Shown: positions 18,946-29,019, numbered from the stretch's first letter. The stretch: DNA of 64,000 bases from Candidatus Bathyarchaeota archaeon (GCA_963733055.1 CAVTBR010000003.1:384001-448000); one strand, 5' to 3'. The notes: generated from the letters alone by a model not told the origin. Numbers and translations: made by a program.

Positions 18946-19063
18946 GGCAGTCAGCGTCGTTGGACACGAGGATAACACGCACCCAATGATGCCACACCCC
19001 CAAGCCAAACCCGTGGCGTCACCATCAAACGTGCTCCGCCCTCGTGTCCAACGTTCGACTGCC
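18946..19063 (+). ncRNA. Long stem-loop, putative structured 5' leader of the Cren7-like gene
   Basis: GGCAGTC/GACTGCC; perfect 14-bp CGTTGGACACGAGG/CCTCGTGTCCAACG; inner TGATGCCAC/GTGGCGTCA; TATA-like TTAATATA at about 18912. Confidence 0.6.
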
Positions 19064-19086
19064 GAAATCAACGAGGTGAAGACTTC

Positions 19087-19248
19087 TTGGTGAAATGTCT
19101 CAAGTGCGGTGGCGAAGTAATTGGCCCGGCGAAAGAATGGGATATGCATCCAAAGGACGGACGCGGCCCCGCCCTACACATCAAACACTTCTCCTGCCCC
19201 TCGTGCGGAAAGAAATTCCGACAGGCGACAAAACTGGCAGGATCTTAA
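19087..19248 (+). CDS. Cren7-like chromatin protein, zinc-binding (CxxC..CxxC) type; not in ORF track
   Basis: SD GAGGTGA 19073-19079; MVKCLKCGGEVIGPAKEWDMHPKDGRGPALHIKHFSCPSCGKKFRQATKLAGS matches the Cren7 pattern P.K.W...PK...G....F..P..GK.FR. Confidence 0.8.
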   Translation: MVKCLKCGGEVIGPAKEWDMHPKDGRGPALHIKHFSCPSCGKKFRQATKLAGS

Positions 19249-19307
19249 TCCAATCAGATCTTCGGCGGACCCGTTTTTGGGTCCCATCTTTTCCTCCGTC
19301 ATCCCGA

Positions 19308-20282
19308 TTAAACCGGCGGAATCTGCAGCCGCTTCTTATCCCGATGAAGCTCCGTCCATTTGACGAACTCAGGCGATGGAGCCTCTTCCTCATACAACGT
19401 CTCTCGTTGCGACTCCAAAAGCATGGGTGGGTTCTTCAGATAATCAGCCGCCGTCATGACCTCGTGCCCTGCACTTGAAGCGGAATCGTATACCGCTTTT
19501 GATTGCTCTCTCCATTTTTCGGACCGTAGTATGTGATGCTCAAAGATTACGATCGGTATCTTGCTTGCAAGTGTCGCGGCATTCTCCATACCTATGCGAA
19601 TCGAGGCCTGATCCACCCTAATGCCCTCAAGATACGTGGGCGGACCGCCCAATACCAGGCAGTCTGGTTTCATCTTTAGTATCATCCTCGTCGTTTCCTT
19701 CGACATTGGTCCTTGGACATCAGATGCGTGCAGAAATGTTTCTTCTCCCGTTCTGACGCAAGTCATGAGGACCCATCCCAATTCTGAACTCTCTTCTCCA
19801 TGCGGGACAGGCTGAGAGAACGTGATCTTGGTTGCTCCAAAGTCGAACGATTTACCGTCTGCTATCTCACACCTGCTGCCAATTCGTTTCACGAAGCGTT
19901 GGAACATCCAGCCTCGTCTCCGCTGGTTGAAGTTAATCGCGTTCCTAACATCCTTTGCAAGAACAGTCTTCTCTCGATAGATCTGTTCCGCTTCCTCCGC
20001 GCTTGACCCCAGCCAGACGTTTTCTGTATAGTTGGGTGTGTGGTGGTCGTTATGATAATGTGAAATTACAATCACATCCGCCTTCGCCGCGTAACTGCGA
20101 ATCCTTGCCCGGCACTCATTTCTAGCAACGTACTCTCTTGGATGAGGTAACCTCCTAAGACGAGGCCCCAACGCCACGCCCGCATCAATCAGTAGCTTCA
20201 CGTCGGGGGTCTCGACGAATGTGCACATTGATCTGACGCCTAGGCTTTCGAAGCCTACTGGCGTAACATGAATGACCGGCAT
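19308..20282 (-). CDS. UPF0282-family metallo-beta-lactamase-fold hydrolase
   Basis: ESLGVRSM, IDAGVALGP, SHYHNDHH, PVPHG, SDVQGP, EHHILR. Confidence 0.9.
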   Translation of the reverse strand: MPVIHVTPVGFESLGVRSMCTFVETPDVKLLIDAGVALGPRLRRLPHPREYVARNECRARIRSYAAKADVIVISHYHNDHHTPNYTENVWLGSSAEEAEQIYREKTVLAKDVRNAINFNQRRRGWMFQRFVKRIGSRCEIADGKSFDFGATKITFSQPVPHGEESSELGWVLMTCVRTGEETFLHASDVQGPMSKETTRMILKMKPDCLVLGGPPTYLEGIRVDQASIRIGMENAATLASKIPIVIFEHHILRSEKWREQSKAVYDSASSAGHEVMTAADYLKNPPMLLESQRETLYEEEAPSPEFVKWTELHRDKKRLQIPPV

Positions 20283-20415
20283 CTTCTCCGCACTTTCAAT
20301 TTCTGAGGTATGGCGAAGAAGTGAGGTATGGTGGAAATAAGGTTGCGACTTAGATATGCAAATTAGCTTGGGAGAGGAAATGTTCGGGGCGGGCGATGAC
20401 GAGTCTGGCCCAATT

Positions 20416-21480
20416 GATCTTGATGTGAGATAGATCTTGAGTGCGCGAGCCCGCAGTTAATGATTAGAATTCGCTCTGCGCAGAAGAAATTTATTGAGAA
20501 ATGGCGGCTAGGGCTGTGATTCCCACCAAAATCGCAACGATACCTACTCTTTGGGGCCAGCCGACTCTTTCCTTCAAAAAGAGGTGGGCGAGAATTACGG
20601 TCAATACGGGCGATGAGTTGGCTATTGGGGTCACTATGGCGACTAACCCGAAGCGAAGCCCCAGATACCAGGCGAAGAAAGACGTAACATCAAGCAGACC
20701 TAGGAGTCCAATATTGCGATAACTTGGTGACGACTTAGTGCTATGCGTTTCTCCAACGGTCAACAATATCATGAACATGAAACTCAGCATGAAGAAGCGC
20801 GTTAAGGTGAAGCTCATCAGGAAGTGGTCGCCACTGGCAATCAATTTCTGGAGTATTGCATTACCTCCAGCCAGCAGGGCGGCAAGTAAGGCCAGAATGA
20901 TGCCCAATTTGTTTGATGGATTAGTTGATCTCTCGAAGGCAACGAGCAGAATCCCTGCGAATACGCACACTATCAGTGAAAGCTGGAGAATGGAAAGGCT
21001 CTCTCTTAGGATGGAAATTGATAGTATAACCGCGACGACATTTAGACATGCAAAAATTGGCGCAACTAGGCTTGCCTTCTCAATACTCAAGGCGACATAG
21101 TAACTGCAGAGGGCGATTGCGGAAAGTATTCCGGATATTAGAGTTAGGAAAAGGATTGAATTACTTGGGACTCCGAAGTCGAAATATAACGCTACACCTA
21201 GAAAGAGGAGAGTGCCTATCCCCTGGGATATCAACGCAGTCCTAATCGCAGGCGCTTTGGATAGAATGATTTTTGTGAAGAAGTCGGCTACGCCGAACCC
21301 CATCATCGATGAAACGGCTAACGCGATGGAAAAGACCGTTGAATTCATCTTACCCCCAAAGCCTGGTTACACCGGAACCGAGTGATTTGAGCAGCTCGCT
21401 CGTACGGGGCACCGATTGTGTTCTCAGGTTAGAACTTTTTTGCGGATCTTAACGTGGGATAGACCTTGAATGTGTGAGCC
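20416..21480. repeat. 36-bp degenerate direct repeats flanking the EamA gene (20416-20451 and 21445-21480)
   Basis: 29 of 36 identical; all 7 differences are transitions. Confidence 0.65.
20491..21348 (-). CDS. EamA/DMT-family transporter
   Basis: 10 TMs in two repeats; ASLVAPI, VTPIANSSPVLTVILAHLFLKERV. Confidence 0.9.
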   Translation of the reverse strand: MNSTVFSIALAVSSMMGFGVADFFTKIILSKAPAIRTALISQGIGTLLFLGVALYFDFGVPSNSILFLTLISGILSAIALCSYYVALSIEKASLVAPIFACLNVVAVILSISILRESLSILQLSLIVCVFAGILLVAFERSTNPSNKLGIILALLAALLAGGNAILQKLIASGDHFLMSFTLTRFFMLSFMFMILLTVGETHSTKSSPSYRNIGLLGLLDVTSFFAWYLGLRFGLVAIVTPIANSSPVLTVILAHLFLKERVGWPQRVGIVAILVGITALAAISQ

Positions 21481-21593
21481 GGAATTGGTTAATCAAAGAT
21501 TTAGGCACGAGGCATTAGTGGATCAACACGGACGCTGCGACAATCCGTTTCGAGCGGGTATCGCAATGCCCCTACGTCGTACTAATTAGACTT

Positions 21594-22349
21594 TCAATAA
21601 CCTAGAAGTAGCCCAAGGATGCTGACATACTCGACAGTGTCTTGAGGAACGCAATTCTGGCATGGGACAGTGTTTGTGACTGGGTTGACGACGGAATTGG
21701 TTACGGTGTTTGTCAACGTGGTCGTTCCCGTAACGGTGATCGTTGCACCTTTCGTCAAGTCCTCTGAGACGACATGCCGGTAGGTGTCTTGTGTACCGTC
21801 TAGATGGGTTAGCGTTAGCGTGATCAATCCACTTGCTTCGTTTGTTGATTCCACCTTGATGACTTGGTCGCTGGGGTCGATTGTGGCTGACCCGGTATAC
21901 TGACTGTTGTAATTTGGCCAGTATGTGTAGTTACAGTAGTAGTTGCCGTATTGATCATAATAGCAATTGTAGTAGTCCTGTTGGTAATAGTAGTAGTATT
22001 GGTCTGACACCCAGCTGATGCTTCCCTTATACACTTGCAGTTGGGTTGGAGTGTTAGTTGTGATTGTCTGAAATGTTGTCCCGAACGACGTGGTTTGAGT
22101 AACCACCTGGGTCGTTCCTGAAACATATATCGTTCTATGTCTTGGAATCACGGGAACAACAAGGATGATTATGATGAGCACCCCGACGATTATCAACGCG
22201 GGAACGCCTCCGACGGTACGTGACATTGGCGATTTCTGAACTGCTTGTTGCTGCGGTAATCCTGCCACCGACTTTCCGCATTTCGGACAAAACTCGTTGC
22301 CCGGCGCTAGCGGAGCTCCACAGTGCACGCAAAACGTCTCTTTAGACAA
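21594..22349 (-). CDS. Zinc-ribbon membrane protein with Thr- and Tyr-rich external domain
   Basis: FCVHCG...FCPKCG, one TM, then YYYYYQQDYYNCYYDQYGNYYCNYTYW. Confidence 0.8.
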   Translation of the reverse strand: MSKETFCVHCGAPLAPGNEFCPKCGKSVAGLPQQQAVQKSPMSRTVGGVPALIIVGVLIIIILVVPVIPRHRTIYVSGTTQVVTQTTSFGTTFQTITTNTPTQLQVYKGSISWVSDQYYYYYQQDYYNCYYDQYGNYYCNYTYWPNYNSQYTGSATIDPSDQVIKVESTNEASGLITLTLTHLDGTQDTYRHVVSEDLTKGATITVTGTTTLTNTVTNSVVNPVTNTVPCQNCVPQDTVEYVSILGLLLGY

Positions 22350-22437
22350 TTCTCTCGTTGCAGAATCTCAGTGATTAGATAATAGTCTTTTGATTCCTGG
22401 CAGCATGCTTCCGGGCTCGTATCTATTTCCGATGAAA

Positions 22438-22917
22438 TTACATCGGGCGGGCTAGGTGGACATTGCGCGTTTGCTTGAACCCCAACTTACGGTAATAGCT
22501 CATTGCTTTCGTGTTTGTTGGACTAACCTCAAGCTGCAAGAGACGTGCCTTGTGTTTGAACGTCTCTGAGATATGGTTGAAGAAGCTAGTTGCGACGCCC
22601 CGTTGTCTAAAGTCAGGCATGACATACAACTCATCGATATGCAACACATCACCACCGTACTCGTTGCTCCAGTAGAAAATCAAAATCGCATAGCCAATTA
22701 TCTCTCCAGCTTCTTCGAAGACTATGACCTGGCCTCTGTTCGGACTCTGGTCCAGTTCGTTCAATGTAGCTGAAATCTTCTCCCCTGTAATGGATTGACC
22801 CACCCAATCCTCCTTGTAGAGTGCATACATCATTTTTCTAAGGGCCGCGTTGTCTGAGTGTCTTGCCGATCTGAAGGTAATCTCAACCTTATCCTCCCCA
22901 GTTGCAGCAGGGCTCAT
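22438..22917 (-). CDS. GNAT N-acetyltransferase
   Basis: IDELYVMPDFRQRGVA; LEVSPTNTKAMSYYRKLGF. Confidence 0.9.
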   Translation of the reverse strand: MSPAATGEDKVEITFRSARHSDNAALRKMMYALYKEDWVGQSITGEKISATLNELDQSPNRGQVIVFEEAGEIIGYAILIFYWSNEYGGDVLHIDELYVMPDFRQRGVATSFFNHISETFKHKARLLQLEVSPTNTKAMSYYRKLGFKQTRNVHLARPM

Positions 22918-23017
22918 GATAGGCTCCACTTGAGTCGATACTGAATCACTCGATATGAACCTATGAAGGTTGACACTCAAAGGTGAAGGTTTCATATCCT
23001 GCCTCAGCTAAGCATTC

Positions 23018-25519
23018 TTGGTCTCCTCAAGAATGACCGAAGTCGTTGCCGCCGCTATTACTGGCCTGACTCAGCAAGAAGCAGAGAAGCGTCTGAAGAC
23101 GTACGGCCCTAATGTTGTAGTCGGTGGAAAGAAACGATCCCGGGTTTCGATGTTTCTGTCTTTCTTCAAGAGCCCTTTAGTAATCATACTTGTGTTCGCG
23201 GGCGGTATCTCTGCTTTTCTCGGAGATATTGTCAACGCCTCAATAATCTACTTCGTCGTCGGTATGAGCGTGGTCCTTGGTTTTTATCAGGAGTCTAAAG
23301 CTGAGAACGCTGCGGCCGCCCTGAGGGCAAGAATCAGTACAACTGCCACAGTGAACAGGGACGGAAACAAGGTCGAGCTTCCCGTTTCCGATATTGTTCC
23401 AGGCGACTTAGTGTATTTGTCACCTGGCGACATGGTCCCAGCCGACGGCACAGTTCTCACAGTCAAGGATCTCTTCGTCGATCAATCTGCGCTGACTGGA
23501 GAATCATTCCCTGCTGAAAAAGACGCGACCCCAGACAACAAAAAGAAACAAGACCTCGACCGTACCGACTTGGCGTTCATGGGCACGTCAGTTGTCAGCG
23601 GAACCGCAACAATGAGGATTACCAAAACAGGCAGCATAACAGCTTACGGGGGAATCGCGAAGGAACTGATGGGTAAAGAGCCTGAGACCGAGTTTGATAG
23701 AGGCCTTAGGAAGTTCGGCTACCTCATAATGCAAGTTACGCTCCTCCTCGTAGTCTTCGTTTTCTTCATCAACGCTCTGTTCAAGCGCGACATTCTAACA
23801 TCTTTACTCTTCTCCGTCGCCCTGGCCGTTGGCCTTACGCCTGAACTGCTTCCGATGATCGTTACGATAAACCTCTCCAAGGGCGCCATGAAGATGGCTG
23901 CGAAAGGCGTGATAGTTAAGAAACTATCGGCCATACAAAACTTCGGAAGCTTGGACACCCTCTGCACAGACAAAACTGGGACTCTAACCCAGAACGTCAT
24001 AGACTTAACCTCACACCTCAATGTCAACGGGAAAGAAGACGACAACATTCTGCTGATGGCACAGCTCAACAGCAGACTTCAGGCGGGAGTGCGCACGCCC
24101 TTAGACGACGCAATACTCAAGCACCAACCATTGGACCTAACAAAATATGCACGGGTTGACGAAATACCGTTCGACTTTGTCCGGCGAAGAGTTTCCGTAA
24201 TCGTAAGCGACGGAAGCAAGACGCTCTTGATCTCCAAGGGCGCCACCCTGGAAATGCTAAACACATGCAGCCTGTACCAAGACGAGAGCCAACAACTTCC
24301 GCTGATCGACGACATCAAGAACAAGATACGCGGCCAATACGAAGATATGAGTAAGCAAGGAAGACGGATACTCGCTGTAGCGACTAAACAAGTCGAAAAG
24401 ACTTCATCCTACACGGTGAAAGACGAAACGGGTATGGTCTTTGTTGGCCTGTTGACTTTCACCGATCCACCAAAGCAAACGGCAACGACCTCGCTGCAGA
24501 TGTTGAAAGAATCTGGGATAACTCTGAAGATTTTGACGGGCGATAATGAGTTTGTGGCACGCCACCTCTGCGAGACGCTCAACATTACAATTAGTGGAAT
24601 AGTAACAGGAGACGAGCTTAGGAAGACCAGCGATTCCGCGCTAGAGAGAATCGTCGAGGCGACGAACATTTTTGCTCGCGTGACACCCGATCAGAAGAAC
24701 CGCATCATGATAGCCCTTCACAAGAACGGACATGTGGTTGGTTTCATGGGAGACGGAATAAACGACGCCCCAAGCATAAGAACCGCCGATGTGGGCATAT
24801 CAGTCGATAACGCAGTAGACGTAGCCAAATCTGCAGCTGACATCATTCTTCTGCAAAATGACTTGACTGTCCTAGCCCAGGGAGTTCAGGAAGGGAGAAG
24901 GACTATGGGGAACTCGATGAAATACATCATGATGGGCACGAGCTCTAACTTCGGTAACATGTTCAGTGCTGCCGGAGCGAGTCTATTCCTACCATTCCTT
25001 CCGATGTTACCGTCTCAGATTCTGCTTAACAACCTACTTTACGATATTTCTGAATTAGCGATTCCAACGGACAACGTCGACGCCGAATATCTGAAGGCAC
25101 CGCGTCGATGGGACATGCATTTTGTGAGGCAGTTCATGGCCTTTTTCGGACCGGTGAGCTCGATATTCGACTACCTGACATTCGGGGTCATGCTATTCGT
25201 ATTCGCCGCCCCTCCAGCACTCTTCCAAACAGCATGGTTCCTCGAATCCATCAGTACCCAGTCACTCATTATTTTCGTCATCAGAACCCGGCGCGTCCCA
25301 TTCTACAAAAGCCACCCAAGCAAAGCGTTGATCTTCAGTACCCTGGCTACAGTGATCGTCCCGATGCTACTACCATTCACCCCAATAGGCCGATTACTCG
25401 GCCTTGTAATCCCCCCACCCACTTTCTATCTGGTGTTGGCAGTATTCATAATCACGTACCTCGCACTAGCTGAAACACTGAAACACTTCTTCTACCGAAG
25501 AATCAGCCCCGAATCCTAG
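23018..25519 (+). CDS. mgtA: Magnesium-translocating P-type ATPase
   Basis: TGES, AVGLTPELLPMI, DKTGTLT, PFDFVRRR, TGDN, GDGIND, SSNFGNMFS, NNLLYD. Confidence 0.93.
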   Translation: MVSSRMTEVVAAAITGLTQQEAEKRLKTYGPNVVVGGKKRSRVSMFLSFFKSPLVIILVFAGGISAFLGDIVNASIIYFVVGMSVVLGFYQESKAENAAAALRARISTTATVNRDGNKVELPVSDIVPGDLVYLSPGDMVPADGTVLTVKDLFVDQSALTGESFPAEKDATPDNKKKQDLDRTDLAFMGTSVVSGTATMRITKTGSITAYGGIAKELMGKEPETEFDRGLRKFGYLIMQVTLLLVVFVFFINALFKRDILTSLLFSVALAVGLTPELLPMIVTINLSKGAMKMAAKGVIVKKLSAIQNFGSLDTLCTDKTGTLTQNVIDLTSHLNVNGKEDDNILLMAQLNSRLQAGVRTPLDDAILKHQPLDLTKYARVDEIPFDFVRRRVSVIVSDGSKTLLISKGATLEMLNTCSLYQDESQQLPLIDDIKNKIRGQYEDMSKQGRRILAVATKQVEKTSSYTVKDETGMVFVGLLTFTDPPKQTATTSLQMLKESGITLKILTGDNEFVARHLCETLNITISGIVTGDELRKTSDSALERIVEATNIFARVTPDQKNRIMIALHKNGHVVGFMGDGINDAPSIRTADVGISVDNAVDVAKSAADIILLQNDLTVLAQGVQEGRRTMGNSMKYIMMGTSSNFGNMFSAAGASLFLPFLPMLPSQILLNNLLYDISELAIPTDNVDAEYLKAPRRWDMHFVRQFMAFFGPVSSIFDYLTFGVMLFVFAAPPALFQTAWFLESISTQSLIIFVIRTRRVPFYKSHPSKALIFSTLATVIVPMLLPFTPIGRLLGLVIPPPTFYLVLAVFIITYLALAETLKHFFYRRISPES

Positions 25520-25685
25520 CAAAGACGAATCATAACCGACGGTGATGACTCGAATGAAACAAGCAGACATTGACAGAGCACGCTGCCCAAGTCACGGGAA
25601 TTGTCAAATCACTTTGGACTATACGATCACCATACGATCCCTGCCTCGTTCGCATGAATCGTAATCATTCTACGCCTGGATCTAC

Positions 25686-26445
25686 ATGAATACCTCAGCA
25701 GACGATACCACAAGGAGGGCCGAAACGGAGACTCCGACGGTTGTCTCAAACATCGGAGGGAAATCAATCAAAGTTAGGGATGCCCTCGTCGCTCTTCTTA
25801 CTTTTGGTGTAGGTTCGGTGGACAGCGCTTAGTTTTCTTACGCTGGGAGGAGTCTTCGCATCGTTCATGTCCGGGAATACAGTTACCCTTGGGCTTAGAA
25901 TGGGCCAAGGGAACTTCCCACTGGCGCTCAACTCCCTAACCGCGATTTTGGGGTACATAGGAGGCGTCGCTCTGGGTGCTAATATCGCGTATACAATCGG
26001 AGGTCCCCGAGATATCTGGCCTTGGCCAGTTACGAAGCTTTTCGCTGCAGAGTTTCTGTTACTCTTAGTTTTCGCTACCGTGGGTTTTGTCTCCGGCAAT
26101 CCCGGTGCTAATGTTGTTTATGTTCTAATCTTGTTGGCATCGGTGCCGATGGGAATGCAGAGCGTGGGAGTTTATCGACTGGGTGTCTCAGGCATTTCCA
26201 CTACTTATGTTACTGGAACGTGGACGAGCTTCATAATTGGCTTGGTAACTCTCCGTCGCTCACCAGCGTCCCGAACAGTTAAGCAAGAGGAAAGAACGGG
26301 ACTTCAGGCTATCACCTTGCTTATCTATGGTTTGGGGGCGGCCACAGGAGGGCTAGCGGGGACATATTTCTTGCTGAGGGCCGCCATTATCCCAGTCGTT
26401 GCGATCGGTCTTGTAGTCATCGTCGCGAGTACTCGAATGCGCTGA
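25686..26445 (+). CDS. YoaK/DUF1275-family membrane protein (frameshift at about 25824)
   Basis: Removing one A at 25824 gives LLTFGVGSVDALSFLTLGGVFASFMSGNT; MGMQS and STTYVTGTWT motifs. Confidence 0.8.
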
Positions 26446-26481
26446 TCACGAATAGATGACGAGGATCAGGCGATTCTTTTG

Positions 26482-27291
26482 TTATTTTGGGTGAAACTTG
26501 GAAACATCGAATGAGGGTTTGGGGAATCGCAGGTTCATGTCTTCAAGTGTTTTGACAATTACGTGCGAGACGGCAAGGTTTCGGAACCACTTGTGGTTTG
26601 CCGGAATGATATACCATGGCGCCCATTCGGTACTGCAGAAGTGCAACATGTCTTCGTATGCATTCATGTAACGTTTCCAATATTTGCGTTCCTGAAAATC
26701 CGTTGGAGACAATTCCCAACGCTTTGTTGGGTCTTCCAACCTCTGCTTGAGTCGTTTCAACTGCTCTCCACGGCTTATGTGAAGAAAGAATTTCAGGATC
26801 TTCACATTGTTCTCCACTAAGGTCTTTTCGAAACAATTTATCTCCTCATAACGACCCGACCAAACTGTCTTCGGCACCAGGTTATGAACACGAACGATCA
26901 ACACGTCCTCGTAATGTGAGCGATTGAATATCCCTATCTCGCCGCGCTCCGGGACGGCTTTGTGAATTCTCCAAAGAAAATCATGAGCAGCCTCCTCAGG
27001 CGTAGGTTTCTTGAAGGAGGTTACTTTGCATCCTTGCGGGTTGACTCCAGACATGACATGCCGTATCGTCCCATCCTTTCCGCCACTGTCCACAGCCTGA
27101 AGAACAATCAGCAACCCGAATTTCTTTGCTGCGTACAGGAGGTACTGCAACTTGTTAAGGCGTTGCAGGTGCTTCTTCAGCTCGGCTTGTGTCTGATCAT
27201 CGTTCTTGTAACCTAGAGTATCGTCGGGGTCGTGATCGCTTATCCTAAATTTCTTCCCCGGCCGAACGCGAAACTTACGTTCAAGGCCCAT
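26482..27291 (-). CDS. ppk2: Polyphosphate kinase 2 family protein
   Basis: QAVDSGGKDGTI, HDFLWR, FNRSHYEDVL, KFFLHIS, APWYIIPANHKW. Confidence 0.95.
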   Translation of the reverse strand: MGLERKFRVRPGKKFRISDHDPDDTLGYKNDDQTQAELKKHLQRLNKLQYLLYAAKKFGLLIVLQAVDSGGKDGTIRHVMSGVNPQGCKVTSFKKPTPEEAAHDFLWRIHKAVPERGEIGIFNRSHYEDVLIVRVHNLVPKTVWSGRYEEINCFEKTLVENNVKILKFFLHISRGEQLKRLKQRLEDPTKRWELSPTDFQERKYWKRYMNAYEDMLHFCSTEWAPWYIIPANHKWFRNLAVSHVIVKTLEDMNLRFPKPSFDVSKFHPK

Positions 27292-27353
27292 AGTTCAATT
27301 CCCGCAGCTTCTGTGCAGATCTTATCTCTTGTTGATCCGCTGAGATCGCAGAT

Positions 27354-27542
27354 TCAAGTAGTCAGCTTTCGCCCACACGCGCCGCAATATTCTGCGTAAT
27401 GTGGATTTATGGTGCTACAGTAGGGGCACGTCGATGTGGAAAGCGACTTGCCACAACCCCAACAATGCTTGTTGGCGGTCGGGTTGCCCATCCCGCATTT
27501 GTTACAGAATACCGTGTCTGGACGTTGAGGGAGAGGAGGCAT
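27354..27542 (-). CDS. Double zinc-ribbon small protein
   Basis: Four CxxC motifs in 62 aa. Confidence 0.8.
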   Translation of the reverse strand: MPPLPQRPDTVFCNKCGMGNPTANKHCWGCGKSLSTSTCPYCSTINPHYAEYCGACGRKLTT

Positions 27543-27579
27543 AACGATCCAGTGTCCTATGGCATGATCTATCGATGGG

Positions 27580-27924
27580 TTACTCTGGGTAGAGCCAGAA
27601 CTCGTTTCCGTCTAGATCCTTGAACATCGCGTAACTACCATACTCGGTCTTCTTCGGTTTAACGGTAAACTCTACACCTTTGGCGTTCATTTCATTATAC
27701 GTCTTGTCAAGGTCGTCTACATTGAAGGCGATGCCCGTATTTCCTTGCTCCAGTGGTTTCGTCTCACAAAGATGTAGCACAACGTTGGATCCCTTTGGTG
27801 CGAGAGTGATCCAGTGCCCCTCGTTGTCGCGGACTTCTAAGCCGAGCTTTTCCTTGTACCATTCCGCCGACTTCTTCGCGTCCGAAACTACGACAGCCAT
27901 ATTCATAATAGACTTAATCATCAA
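27580..27924 (-). CDS. VOC/glyoxalase-family protein
   Basis: VSD..KS..WY..KLGL, IAFNVDDLD, FKDLDGNEF. Confidence 0.9.
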   Translation of the reverse strand: MMIKSIMNMAVVVSDAKKSAEWYKEKLGLEVRDNEGHWITLAPKGSNVVLHLCETKPLEQGNTGIAFNVDDLDKTYNEMNAKGVEFTVKPKKTEYGSYAMFKDLDGNEFWLYPE

Positions 27925-27996
27925 ACCAGCCTGCGTTAACTAGCGCCCGATTGATTACTTAAATGATTACATAGCACCTACTGGTTTTGGTCGATT

Positions 27997-29019
27997 ATGC
28001 CTCTCTTTCGAACTGGGAAAATCCCAACTGAAATCCTAGTTCGAAGCGTATTTCGCTACAAAGGCGCTCAAGATCGATCCGTGATTCTTGGGTCATCGAT
28101 AGGCGAAGATGCGGCGCTTGTATCCCTTGGAAAAAACGTCTTGGTGTTAACAACCGATCCGGTTACTGGTACAGCCTCCGACATTGGATGGCTCGCGGTT
28201 CACGTGAACGCCAACGATGTAGCGTGTAGGGGGGCGAGACCGAAATGGTTCCTATGCGACCTATTGCTTCCAGAAAAATCCAACGCAGCATTAGTTGAGA
28301 AGATCATGAAACAAGTCGACAAGGCGGCGAAAGGGATCGGCGTCGCTGTTGTAGGTGGCCACACGGAAGTTACACCAGGCTTGAAGCGACCAATCGTGAG
28401 TGGGTATATGGTTGGGGTCGTCTCCAGAGAGAAATATGTAACGTCACATTCAGTGTGTCCGCAAGACCAGATCATAATGACAAAAACCGTAGGAATCGAA
28501 GGTACCTCGGTTTTAGCAACCGATTTCGCGCATAGGCTTCGGCAGAAGATCGGGCCCCGATCTCTGAAGCGGGCTAAAGGATTCAGGAACATGATCAGCG
28601 TTGTCGACGACGCATTGATCGCAGCGCGGGCTGGCGGAGTTAGAGCAATGCACGACCCCACCGAGGGAGGTCTATTGCAGGGGGTCTGGGAACTCGCGGA
28701 AGCGTCCCACGTTGGTTTTGTGATTCATGAATCACAAATCGCGATTCGACCGGAAACCAACGAGATATGCTCAGCTCTTGGGGTGGATCCACTGCGCCTG
28801 ATGAGTTCAGGTTGCCTCATAATAGTGGCTGAAAGAGGGAAGAGCAATGGCATACTACGCGCCCTGAAGAAGCACCATATTCCGGCGAGAATCATTGGGA
28901 CCGTGACTCCGAAGAGCCGAGGCAGAAAGCTGGTAGGAGTTCAGGGGTCGATTAGGAAGGTTGCGCCGTCTGAACGTGATGAGCTTTACCGAATTATCGA
29001 ATCCTATCGAACTGCGTGA
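27997..29019 (+). CDS. AIR synthase-related (HypE/PurM-like) protein
   Basis: IGEDAA, TDPVTG, NANDVA, GGHTEVT, MHDPTEGG, SSGCL. Confidence 0.88.
   Translation: MPLFRTGKIPTEILVRSVFRYKGAQDRSVILGSSIGEDAALVSLGKNVLVLTTDPVTGTASDIGWLAVHVNANDVACRGARPKWFLCDLLLPEKSNAALVEKIMKQVDKAAKGIGVAVVGGHTEVTPGLKRPIVSGYMVGVVSREKYVTSHSVCPQDQIIMTKTVGIEGTSVLATDFAHRLRQKIGPRSLKRAKGFRNMISVVDDALIAARAGGVRAMHDPTEGGLLQGVWELAEASHVGFVIHESQIAIRPETNEICSALGVDPLRLMSSGCLIIVAERGKSNGILRALKKHHIPARIIGTVTPKSRGRKLVGVQGSIRKVAPSERDELYRIIESYRTA

Noticed and set aside
20305-20331. TGAGGTATGG direct repeat upstream of the UPF0282 gene
   Set aside because: Only two 10-bp copies; too little to support a function
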